From positions 1-45,850 of the forward strand of contig JBGPBQ010000002.1 in assembly GCA_041481345.1 (NCBI GenBank): a DNA stretch of 45,850 nucleotides. Reading direction: 5' to 3'. The DNA comes from Anaerolineae bacterium. GTDB lineage: Bacteria; Chloroflexota; Anaerolineae; Anaerolineales; UBA4823. Of this stretch, positions 7,288-15,682 are shown one piece after another; the first letter of the stretch is position 1, and each line of letters opens with the position of its first letter. The translations under genes and the position numbers were made by a program. The notes beneath the pieces were generated by a model. That model made no database searches and was not told the DNA's origin. It worked only from the letters and a program-made list of their open reading frames with translations.

Positions 7288-9581
7288 TGCAGATCGAGTC
7301 ACGGGAAGTAAAATATTCAATTAAAGGGATGGACTGCGCTGATTGTGCCCTTAGCCTGGAGCGCAGCCTGGCGCAGATCGAGGGGGTAGACCAGGTAAAC
7401 GTCAACTATACTACCGGTTTACTTGAAGCAAACGGCAGTTTTGATATTGACGAGCTGATCAAACGCGTGGAAGCTTTGGGTTACAAGGTTGCGCCTCCAG
7501 GACAATCTGCAGAGAAAGGATCAGGCAGCGAGCGATCTCAAACCACACCTGCGATTAAGCTTCCAGGATTCCTGGGATATCTGTATGCATCAACCCAAAC
7601 CCGCCTGGCGCTCTTGGGTGCCATCTTGCTGCTACTGTCGATTCCGTTGGCATTGGTTCAGGGGTCGGTGGTAAGCCAGTGGCTCAAGACGGGCCTGCAG
7701 ATCACTGCTGCCATCCTGGCAGGATACCCGATCGCCAACCGTGGTGTAAGGGCGCTTGTGATCGGCCGTCAGATCACCATTGACCTGCTGATGAGCATTG
7801 CCACCCTGGGTGCACTGCTGATCGGTCAGATGGCGGAAGCCTGCACGGTGATCTTGCTGTTCGCCATTGGTGAAGCCCTTGAGGGATACACCGCAGAGAA
7901 GGCGCGCGACTCGCTCAAAAGCCTGCTGGCCCTCAAACCTGAACAGGCGCACGTAATGCGCCCGTGCATCGACTGCAATGAGCACATGGGTCTGGAGGGT
8001 TACACCGGTGGACCCTGCCCGGAGTGTGATGAGCATGAAACCACAGTGCCCATAGACGAGGTCCTGATTGGCGAGACTGTGATCGTCCGTCCGGGTGAGA
8101 GCATCCCGGTCGATGGTCACGTCGCCAGTGGAATCTCGTCGGTCAACCAGGCACCTGTCACAGGTGAATCCGTCCCGGTCCAAAAGGCTCCTGGGGATAA
8201 GGTCTATGCTGGCACATTGAACGGCGATACTGTGCTCGAGGTCACCGTTTCACAGATGTCCACCGATTCAACCATCAGCCGCATTGTGCGCCTGGTAGAA
8301 CAAGCTCAAGCCAAGCGTGCTCCCGTCGAGCGTTCTGTTGACCGTTTCGCGGCCTGGTATACCCCGGCAGTCGTGCTGATGGCGGTATTTATCGCCGTGA
8401 TCCCGCCCCTGCTGTTCAATGCCCCGTTCCTGGATGTTAATGGTGTGCATGGTTGGTTGTACCGCGCCCTGGCGCTGCTTATTGTCGCCTGCCCGTGTGC
8501 GCTGGTCATCAGCACCCCTGTAACCATGGTCAGCTCATTGACCGCGTTGGCAAGCCGCGGTGTGCTGGTCAAGGGTGGCGCATATTTGGATGTGCTGGCG
8601 CGTGCTAGGCTGATTGCATTTGATAAAACCGGAACGCTCACCCTGGGTCATCCCACCGTCACGCAAGCCAGGTCAGTGGACTGCGTGCCTGATGCCTGGC
8701 GCTGCCCGGCCTGTGATGATATGCTGGCCTTGGCTGCCACCGTTGAGCGGCGTTCGGAGCACCCGCTGGCCCAGGCGATCATGGCTGAAGTCGAAGCTCG
8801 CCAGCTCACTCACTCCTACCCGGCGGCTGAAAGTGTCCAGTCCCTCGCTGGTCAGGGTGTGCAGGGTTACTCCAATGGCAGCAGCATCCTGGTGGGCAGC
8901 CATGACCTGTTCCACGCACGTGACGATAGGCTGGACCGGGAATTACATGCCAATATCCAATCTGCCGTTGACGAAGGACTGACTGTGATGCTGGTGGGGA
9001 AGGATGACAGCTTGTTGGGTTATGTGACGGTTGCGGATGCGCCGCGCCCGACCAGCGCTGAAGCCCTCCGGCAGTTAAAAGCCATCGACCCACATCTTCT
9101 CACGGTAATGCTGACTGGGGATAACCCGGTGGTGGCAGGCAAGGTGGCGCTGGCACTGGGCAGCCTGGATGAGGTGCGGGCGGGTCTTTTACCGGAGGAT
9201 AAGCTGGAAGCAATCCGTGACCTGCAGACCCAGCATGGATTGGTGCTCATGGTGGGGGATGGGGTGAACGATGCCCCCGCTTTGGCAGCTGCCGACGCCG
9301 GCATCGCCATGGGTGGGGCAGGCTCAGCCCAGGCCATGGAAACCGCCCACGTGGTGTTGATGCAGGATGACCTGACCCACCTGCCCGGAACAATTCGCAC
9401 CGCCCGCCTGGCCCAAAAAATCATTAAACAGAACATCGCCTTCAGCCTGGCGATTAAGGCAGCATTCCTTTTACTGACCCTGCCTGGTTTGGCGACGCTC
9501 TGGATGGCAGTCTTTGCCGATATGGGCGCGTCTTTACTCGTGACGCTGAATGGGATGCGGATGCTGCGCTCTAAGAAATAA
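7287..9581 (+). CDS. Heavy-metal translocating P1B-type ATPase, Zn/Cd/Pb (P1B-2) signature
   Basis: HMA domain GMDCADCALSLE, CPC in VACPCALVISTP, DKTGTLT, SEHPLA and GDGVNDAPALA. TM7 has N-x7-K (NIAFSLAIK) and TM8 has DxG (ADMGAS). ATG at 7287 is in frame with the track TTG at 7269. Confidence 0.9.
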   Translation: MQIESREVKYSIKGMDCADCALSLERSLAQIEGVDQVNVNYTTGLLEANGSFDIDELIKRVEALGYKVAPPGQSAEKGSGSERSQTTPAIKLPGFLGYLYASTQTRLALLGAILLLLSIPLALVQGSVVSQWLKTGLQITAAILAGYPIANRGVRALVIGRQITIDLLMSIATLGALLIGQMAEACTVILLFAIGEALEGYTAEKARDSLKSLLALKPEQAHVMRPCIDCNEHMGLEGYTGGPCPECDEHETTVPIDEVLIGETVIVRPGESIPVDGHVASGISSVNQAPVTGESVPVQKAPGDKVYAGTLNGDTVLEVTVSQMSTDSTISRIVRLVEQAQAKRAPVERSVDRFAAWYTPAVVLMAVFIAVIPPLLFNAPFLDVNGVHGWLYRALALLIVACPCALVISTPVTMVSSLTALASRGVLVKGGAYLDVLARARLIAFDKTGTLTLGHPTVTQARSVDCVPDAWRCPACDDMLALAATVERRSEHPLAQAIMAEVEARQLTHSYPAAESVQSLAGQGVQGYSNGSSILVGSHDLFHARDDRLDRELHANIQSAVDEGLTVMLVGKDDSLLGYVTVADAPRPTSAEALRQLKAIDPHLLTVMLTGDNPVVAGKVALALGSLDEVRAGLLPEDKLEAIRDLQTQHGLVLMVGDGVNDAPALAAADAGIAMGGAGSAQAMETAHVVLMQDDLTHLPGTIRTARLAQKIIKQNIAFSLAIKAAFLLLTLPGLATLWMAVFADMGASLLVTLNGMRMLRSKK

Positions 9582-9748
9582 GACTTATCCCAGGGGTTCT
9601 TCTGGTACTACAAAAAACATGACCAGATATATGAGGATAAAAGAACCAAATCCAAGCCGGGCACCAATGACGAACACCAGGCAAACAATGATCGGATCAA
9701 TCCCGAATAATTTACCAATTCCGCTACACACACCGGCGATTATGCGGT
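9363..9748. repeat. Direct repeat copy 1 (ATPase 3' end plus pspC 3' part)
   Basis: Aligns with 11737-12122 at a constant offset of 2374. Positions 9517-9650 are identical to 11891-12024 (134 nt). By eye, identity is about 90 percent on the left of that core and about 70 percent on the right. Homology ends abruptly at 9748/12122. Confidence 0.85.
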
Positions 9749-9752
9749 TTAT
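9585..9752 (-). pseudogene. 5'-truncated PspC-domain gene copy
   Basis: The minus-strand frame reads INRIIAGVCSGIGKLFGIDPIIVCLVFVIGARLGFGSFILIYLVMFFVVPEEPLG*. An in-frame TAA lies directly upstream and there is no ATG. It is a paralogue of the intact gene at 11959-12162 and is cut at the repeat boundary. Confidence 0.6.
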
Positions 9753-9806
9753 TTAACTTCTGCTTTATACCAGCAAAATCTATAGAAATATATATAGGAA
9801 AAATAC

Positions 9807-9846
9807 AGTAGGATATTTATTATAAAATTAGGATAAATATCCTACT
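9807..9846. promoter_or_regulatory. Perfect 14-bp inverted repeat (operator candidate) upstream of the multiheme cytochrome gene
   Basis: AGTAGGATATTTAT (9807-9820), a 12-nt spacer, then ATAAATATCCTACT (9833-9846), in a very AT-rich tract. A TATAAT lies at 9862-9867 and GGGAGA precedes the ATG at 9889. Confidence 0.4.
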
Positions 9847-9888
9847 ATCTGATTTTACTGCTATAATAAATATAGGGAGAACGCACCA

Positions 9889-11442
9889 ATGCAGAAAAAG
9901 AAGCTATTCCTTTTCTTAGTATCGGTCACAGTTTTATTCATCCTTGGCGCCTGTACTGCAGCTGCTCCTTCACCTACACCAGTACCCACTGCCGTACCTA
10001 CTAACACGCCTTCCCCACAGCCACCCACTCCCACAGCCATACCAACCAGCACGCCGACAGCGCTGCCACCCACTCCCACCGCCATCGCACTTAACGACTG
10101 CAATGCTTGCCACCCAACCCAATTTTCATCCTGGCAAAACGGAGCGCACGCCAACACCCAAAACGATGTGGCGAAAGAGCTGGTGGACGCTCGCAGCGGG
10201 CAGACCCCGAATGAAGTCATCAGTGGTCCGGATGCTGAAGACTGCATCGCCTGCCACGCTCCAAAGGCAGTCACCATCTCCGGTCTTACATCGGAAACCG
10301 CAGCACTAAACCACTTTTTCACCACCACAGACGGAAAGTTCACTGCTGATACCAAAGTTGCCGATGCCGCCAACTGGCCTCAAATCAATTGTGAGACTTG
10401 CCATCAGGTCAAAGATAATCACCAAACTGCGAAATTGGAATTCGGAATTTTCAATTCCCAAACCGCCCAATTTGTAGCCCTGGACGATAGCAGCAAGGTC
10501 TGTGGCCAATGCCATGGCAACCTGCTCATCAGCAGCACCGACCACCAGATCTACAATGCCTGGCTAACCAGTAAGCATAGTGCCACCCAGGTCGATGTGG
10601 CAACCGAATTGGGGGCAAGCCGCAGCGGCCAGACACCCGATGAGGTCATCAACGGTCAGGATTCCGAAAACTGCATCGCCTGTCATGCCCCCACTGCCGT
10701 ACTTGCTAATGGAGGCATGACTGAGGCTGCCGCCCTGAATTATTTCTTTACCACTACCGATGGGAAATTCATCACGGATACAGCCGTCACAAATGAGCCC
10801 GAATGGCCGAATGTTTCCTGCACTGCCTGCCATGATCCCCACAACCCGGGCACCCCGGCTTATTTCAACTCTGCCACAAAACAATATCAGCCCATGGCGA
10901 GCACCAGTGAACTTTGCGGACAATGTCATGGGAATCTACTCTTCGCCAATACTGACCACCTTAGCTATAACATTATTGCTGGCACAGGTGGAATGGGCGT
11001 ACCCGATCAGCAAATGATGCCCGGGGCTACCTGCACCGAATGCCACATGTATAACAGCGGTGTGGATGGCAGCAACTCTGCTCACCTGGGTGGGCACAGT
11101 TGGGCAATCACCGTAAGCGAGCCTGATGGCGGATCCACCACCTCCTGCACACATTGCCATGCGGATATGGATCCAACTAGTTTTGAAGCAAAAATCAAAC
11201 AGCTCAAGTCAGAATTCCAGGTGTTGGATGATTCAGCGAAAAGCATAGTTGATAAAGCCACTCAGGCCATGACTGGTGTCACTACTCCTGCCTTGCTGGA
11301 TAAGCTCAACGAAGCCCAATTCAACCTGACCTACGCTGAATCAGATGAAAGTGGCGGTTTCCACAACCATACTTATTTGATGGCTCTATTAAACGACACC
11401 GTGCAGAGAGCCCAGGAAATCCTTACAGCCCTGGGAAAGTAG
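9889..11442 (+). CDS. Nine-heme c-type cytochrome lipoprotein with PT-rich linker
   Basis: Signal peptide with lipobox ILGAC, then a Pro/Thr linker. Nine CxxCH motifs: CNACH, CIACH, CETCH, CGQCH, CIACH, CTACH, CGQCH, CTECH, CTHCH. An internal module of roughly 170-180 aa is duplicated. Confidence 0.85.
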   Translation: MQKKKLFLFLVSVTVLFILGACTAAAPSPTPVPTAVPTNTPSPQPPTPTAIPTSTPTALPPTPTAIALNDCNACHPTQFSSWQNGAHANTQNDVAKELVDARSGQTPNEVISGPDAEDCIACHAPKAVTISGLTSETAALNHFFTTTDGKFTADTKVADAANWPQINCETCHQVKDNHQTAKLEFGIFNSQTAQFVALDDSSKVCGQCHGNLLISSTDHQIYNAWLTSKHSATQVDVATELGASRSGQTPDEVINGQDSENCIACHAPTAVLANGGMTEAAALNYFFTTTDGKFITDTAVTNEPEWPNVSCTACHDPHNPGTPAYFNSATKQYQPMASTSELCGQCHGNLLFANTDHLSYNIIAGTGGMGVPDQQMMPGATCTECHMYNSGVDGSNSAHLGGHSWAITVSEPDGGSTTSCTHCHADMDPTSFEAKIKQLKSEFQVLDDSAKSIVDKATQAMTGVTTPALLDKLNEAQFNLTYAESDESGGFHNHTYLMALLNDTVQRAQEILTALGK

Positions 11443-11649
11443 GCCTTATCGGAAGATGTTCCCGCCTCCAACAGAGGTAACCTGCTCGATTGAATTTAGG
11501 TTGTTAATGACTTATAACTTACTATTAGGAAGGCCTCAAGCTGTAGATAACTCACATCCAGGTGGGCAACCTCCCCTTTTTTAACCCTTAAGTGTGAGAA
11601 GAAAATTGTTGCCAGGACGCCTGGAATAGGGCGTGCGGAGCGAACAACT

Positions 11650-11955
11650 CCTGCTGCGGGCGCTGACAACCACCATGGAGCGCAGGTGGCAGAAACGTTT
11701 GTCTCTAGCCATGGGGATCGCCCATAGAGACCAATACAGGATGACCTGGCCCACCTGCCCGGAACAATCCGCACCGACCACCTGGCCCAGAATATTATTA
11801 AACAGAACATCGCCTTCAGCCTGGCGATTAAGGCAGCTTTTCTCTTGCTGACCTCGCCAGGCCTGGCGACGCTCTGGATGGCAGTCTTTTCCGATATGGG
11901 CGCGTCTTTACTCGTGACGCTGAATGGGATGCGGATGCTGCGCTCTAAGAAATAA
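11650..11955 (+). pseudogene. Remnant of a P1B-ATPase 3' end
   Basis: From 11737 the frame reads QDDLAHLPGTIRTDHLAQNIIKQNIAFSLAIKAAFLLLTSPGLATLWMAVFSDMGASLLVTLNGMRMLRSKK*, matching the C-terminus of the intact ATPase. Weaker indel-containing similarity extends left to about 11650. No upstream gene body is present. Confidence 0.7.
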
Positions 11956-12122
11956 GACTTATCCCAGGGGTTCTTCTGGTACTACAAAAAACATGACCAG
12001 ATATATGAGGATAAAAGAACCAAACCCAAGCAAGGCTCCAAGAACGAACACCAGCCGGACGATCATCGGATCAATTGCGAAAAATTCGGCAATTCCGCCG
12101 CATATACCAAAGATCCAGCGGT
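11737..12122. repeat. Direct repeat copy 2 (ATPase 3' remnant plus intact pspC 3' part)
   Basis: See copy 1; offset 2374. Confidence 0.85.
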
Positions 12123-12162
12123 TGGTACGGCTACGATAAAGTTTTTTAGATCCCGGATTCAT
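11959..12162 (-). CDS. PspC-domain membrane protein
   Basis: MNPGSKKLYRSRTNRWIFGICGGIAEFFAIDPMIVRLVFVLGALLGFGSFILIYLVMFFVVPEEP. ATG at 12162 is preceded by GGAGAAAAAAT. The longer track ORF reaching 12303 overlaps the divergent gene and is not supported. Confidence 0.8.
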   Translation of the reverse strand: MNPGSKKLYRSRTNRWIFGICGGIAEFFAIDPMIVRLVFVLGALLGFGSFILIYLVMFFVVPEEPLG

Positions 12163-12224
12163 ATTTTTTCTCCTTGAGCGTACATATCTATTAACGCCCA
12201 ATCCCTCGAAAGGTTGCGCAAAAT

Positions 12225-13187
12225 ATGGCTGAGAATCACATTTCTGTCCTTTCTCGTTCCCGTTTTCACGGTTGCCTGCTTGGTCTGGCTGCCGGGGATG
12301 CACTGGGCACTACATTAGAGTTCATGCAACCAGGCAGCTTTACACCGATAACTGACATTGTCGGCGGTGGCCCGTTTGATCTCGCCGCCGGCGAATGGAC
12401 CGATGACACTTCCATGGCGCTGTGCCTGGCAGACAGCCTGATCGAGAAAGTTGGGTTTGACCCTATCGACCAGCTTGAGCGCTATGTGCGCTGGTACCGC
12501 ACCGGCTACCTATCTTCTAATGGTCGATGTTTTGATATTGGCATCACCACCGCCGGCGCTCTTCATCGCTTCGAACGTACGCATGAACCCTACCCCGGTC
12601 CGGATGCACCTCACACAGCGGGCAGTGGGTCTTTAATGCGGCTTGCACCGGTGCCCATGTTCTATGCCCGTCACCCTACGCTTGCCCTGGATAATTGCGC
12701 TAATTCCTCCCGCACCACCCATGCAGCTCCGCAGGCTGTGGATGCCTGCCGCTATTATGGCGCGTTGATCATCGGCGCATTATTGGGGCAACCCAAGGAA
12801 GTGTTATTATCTCCTCCCGAGGACTGGAGATTTCTCGATGTTGGTGCAATGGATGCGCTTACCAGGCTCGACCCGGGTATCGTTGAAGTGGCCAATGGCT
12901 CGTTCAAGCATAAGCAGCCACCCTATATCCAGGGCAGTGGATATGTGACGCGCAGCATGGAGGCCGCCCTATGGGCATTCCACCATACCACCTCCTTTCG
13001 GGAAGGTGCCCTGCTGGCTGCCAACCTGGGCGATGATGCCGATACCACCACGGCCATCTATGGCCAGCTGGCGGGGGCGTATTACGGGGTGGAGGGCATC
13101 CCGGATGAATGGCGCCTCAGAATTGCGCAGGCTGAGCTTATTCTTAGTTATGCCGATCAACTCTTCGAGCTTGCCAATACGTCATAA
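12225..13187 (+). CDS. ADP-ribosylglycohydrolase family protein
   Basis: [34 protein letters not shown] and [20 protein letters not shown]. Confidence 0.85.
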   Translation: MAENHISVLSRSRFHGCLLGLAAGDALGTTLEFMQPGSFTPITDIVGGGPFDLAAGEWTDDTSMALCLADSLIEKVGFDPIDQLERYVRWYRTGYLSSNGRCFDIGITTAGALHRFERTHEPYPGPDAPHTAGSGSLMRLAPVPMFYARHPTLALDNCANSSRTTHAAPQAVDACRYYGALIIGALLGQPKEVLLSPPEDWRFLDVGAMDALTRLDPGIVEVANGSFKHKQPPYIQGSGYVTRSMEAALWAFHHTTSFREGALLAANLGDDADTTTAIYGQLAGAYYGVEGIPDEWRLRIAQAELILSYADQLFELANTS

Positions 13188-13308
13188 ATTAACTTGAGAT
13201 TGCGCTACGAGACCCGCCCTTACGTGACAATTTCGTATCTGATACGCCTGGAAGTAAATCTTCCCAGGAGGATATAACGTAGTCTATAATAAACTCATCT
13301 AATATGGG

Positions 13309-14289
13309 ATGATGTTAATGAAAGCGATACTTCTAGCGAATTACGGATCACCGGATGTTCTTCAGCTCAAAGAGATGGAGAAACCTACTCCCAATGACAA
13401 TCAAGTACTGGTAAAAGTGGTTGCCGCGTCGGTAAATATCGCTGACTGGCATACGATGCATGGAGGCCCTGTTCGCCTTATGGGCCAAGGGTTCAGCAAA
13501 CCAAAAGATCCAAGATTTGGCTCTGACATTGCCGGGCGGGTGGAATCGGTTGGCAAGGACGTCACCCAGTTCAAGCCAGGGGATGAGGTATTTGGCACCT
13601 GCGCGGGTGCTTTTGCCGAATATGCCGCTGCCCGTGAAGTGAGATTGGTGTTGAAACCGGCCAATAGCTCGTTCGAGGAAGCTGCTTCCCTTCCGGTGGC
13701 GGCTATCACCGCTTTACAAGGCGAGCGCGATAAGGGACAAATCCAGCCCGGACAAAAGGTTTTGATTGATGGCGCCTCCGGAGGTGTGGGTACTTTTGCG
13801 GTGCAAATTGCCAAATCATTCGGGGCTGAAGTTACGGCCGTGGCCAGCACCACGAAACTGGATATGCTACGCTCGATCGGTGCAGACCTCGTCATCGATT
13901 ACACAAAAGAAGATTTCACACGGAATGGGCAGCGTTATGACTTGATCCTGGGAGTTAATGGATATCATCCAATCCAAAACTACAGGCGCTCATTAAACCC
14001 ACAAGGGATTTATGTTATGGTTGGAATTGCTCCTCACCATATGTTCCAGGGTCTGGCCCAGACCATGCTCCTTGGCCCAATGCTTTCAAGGGACGGGGGA
14101 CAGAAAATGGGCTTCATGGGGATCGCGAAAATAAACCAGGAGGATCTAGTTGTTTTACAACAGCTTCTCGAAGCCAGAAAAATCGTACCACTGATCGACA
14201 GACATTACCCATTGAGCGAGACGGCTGAGGCAATGCGCTATATCGGCGAAGGACATGCCGGTGGAAAAATAATCATAACGATGGGATAG
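13309..14289 (+). CDS. NAD(P)-dependent MDR-family oxidoreductase (quinone oxidoreductase / alcohol dehydrogenase-like), paralogue 1
   Basis: GSPDVLQLKE..VLVKVVAASVN, GDEVFG, and Rossmann motif GASGGVGTFAVQIAK. An alternative start at 13318 gives MKAILL. Confidence 0.8.
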   Translation: MMLMKAILLANYGSPDVLQLKEMEKPTPNDNQVLVKVVAASVNIADWHTMHGGPVRLMGQGFSKPKDPRFGSDIAGRVESVGKDVTQFKPGDEVFGTCAGAFAEYAAAREVRLVLKPANSSFEEAASLPVAAITALQGERDKGQIQPGQKVLIDGASGGVGTFAVQIAKSFGAEVTAVASTTKLDMLRSIGADLVIDYTKEDFTRNGQRYDLILGVNGYHPIQNYRRSLNPQGIYVMVGIAPHHMFQGLAQTMLLGPMLSRDGGQKMGFMGIAKINQEDLVVLQQLLEARKIVPLIDRHYPLSETAEAMRYIGEGHAGGKIIITMG

Positions 14290-14325
14290 AACCACCAGAC
14301 CTGAAAAAGTGTTGCAGGATATCTT

Positions 14326-15306
14326 ATGAAAGCGGTTATATGGACAAAATATGGGCCTCCGGACGTCCTCCAGCTAAGAGAGGTGGACCAACCCATCCCC
14401 AAGGATAATGAAGTACTGGTGAAGGTTTATGCTACGACCGTAATAGCAGGGGACTGCGAGCTTCGAAATCTCAAAGTTCCTAGCTTGTACCGTATCCCCA
14501 TACGACTTTTTTTGGGTCTCAGTAACCCAAAAAGAATCACCATTCTTGGGCAGGAATTAGCCGGAGAGATTGAAGCTATCGGCAAGGGTGTGACCCGCTT
14601 CAAAAAAGGCGACCAGGTGTTCGCACCCACCTTGTTTCGGTTAGGGGCATATGCTGAGTACGTCAGTCTGCCTGAAACTTACCTGGTACTAAAACCGACC
14701 AACATGACCTACGAAGAAACCACTACAATCCCTACCGGGGGAATTTATGGATTGCACTTACTAAGACAAGCGGATGTTCAATCTGGACAAACGGTTTTGA
14801 TTATTGGTGCCGGTGGAAGTATAGGCACCTATGCGGTACAGATCGCCAAGTCATGGGGGGCATACATAACCGCTGTCGACAGCCCAGGGAAGCTGGAACT
14901 GCTACACTCGATCGGCGCGGATCACGTCATCGATTACACGAAAGAAGATTACACACGCAGCGGTGCTACCTACGATGCCATTATTGACGTGGTGGGCAAG
15001 AGCTCGTTCTCAGGATGTGTCAGGCTGCTAAAGCCAAATGGTCATTATGTTTTGGGGAATCCAGGCCTCTCAGCGATGCTCAGAGCGGGGTGGACGACAC
15101 TGACCACAAACAAGAAAATCATCTATGGAACTGCCAATTATCGGGCAGAAGATTATGCATTCCTACTAAAATTAATCGAATCCGGAAAGCTAAAACCGGT
15201 CATCGATCGGCGCTATCCGCTGGAACAGATTGCCGAAGCGCACCGCTACGTGGATTCAGGGCAAAAAAAGGGGAATGTCGTCATAACCGTGGGACAAAAT
15301 ACCTAA
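14326..15306 (+). CDS. NAD(P)-dependent MDR-family oxidoreductase, paralogue 2 (tandem duplicate)
   Basis: Same length (326 aa) and collinear with paralogue 1. GPPDVLQLRE, GDQVFA and GAGGSIGTYAVQIAK. Confidence 0.8.
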   Translation: MKAVIWTKYGPPDVLQLREVDQPIPKDNEVLVKVYATTVIAGDCELRNLKVPSLYRIPIRLFLGLSNPKRITILGQELAGEIEAIGKGVTRFKKGDQVFAPTLFRLGAYAEYVSLPETYLVLKPTNMTYEETTTIPTGGIYGLHLLRQADVQSGQTVLIIGAGGSIGTYAVQIAKSWGAYITAVDSPGKLELLHSIGADHVIDYTKEDYTRSGATYDAIIDVVGKSSFSGCVRLLKPNGHYVLGNPGLSAMLRAGWTTLTTNKKIIYGTANYRAEDYAFLLKLIESGKLKPVIDRRYPLEQIAEAHRYVDSGQKKGNVVITVGQNT

Positions 15307-15682
15307 ACCGGATAAAACTCCAACAAGACCCGCCAGGACCAGCCAGTACCAACCAGTACGCTCGTTTCGCCTGGGCGGGTCATTTTTACCCGTGGCTTAT
15401 CTCTTCGTAAATCATCGATTTATGCGCCAGTATCATATCTCTCCTGTGAGACCCGCCCCTACGCGTCGATCCATCTCCATTCATTATGACCCAGAGGGTT
15501 CTATTCGAGGTCGGTGATGTTCCACCAATCCCAAATTAATTCATATTGTAATTTTAGTTTGCTGAGATAAACCAGAATCTGGCTATAATCATGCTAGCCG
15601 CGGGAATATAATCTACAATCATCTATTCGGCGATTATTTATCCATCATCCCACCACCGATGGAGAAACACCCATCCTGACTG

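Noticed and set aside
9550-9756. Plus-strand ORFs MGCGCCALRNKTYPRG... (also 11924-12139)
   Set aside because: They are antisense to the PspC-domain reading frames, which have a recognisable family pattern. They exist twice only because the region is duplicated.
12163-12303. N-terminal extension of the PspC ORF to 114 aa
   Set aside because: The extension overlaps the divergent ADP-ribosylglycohydrolase gene and has no PspC similarity. The internal ATG at 12162 has a good RBS.
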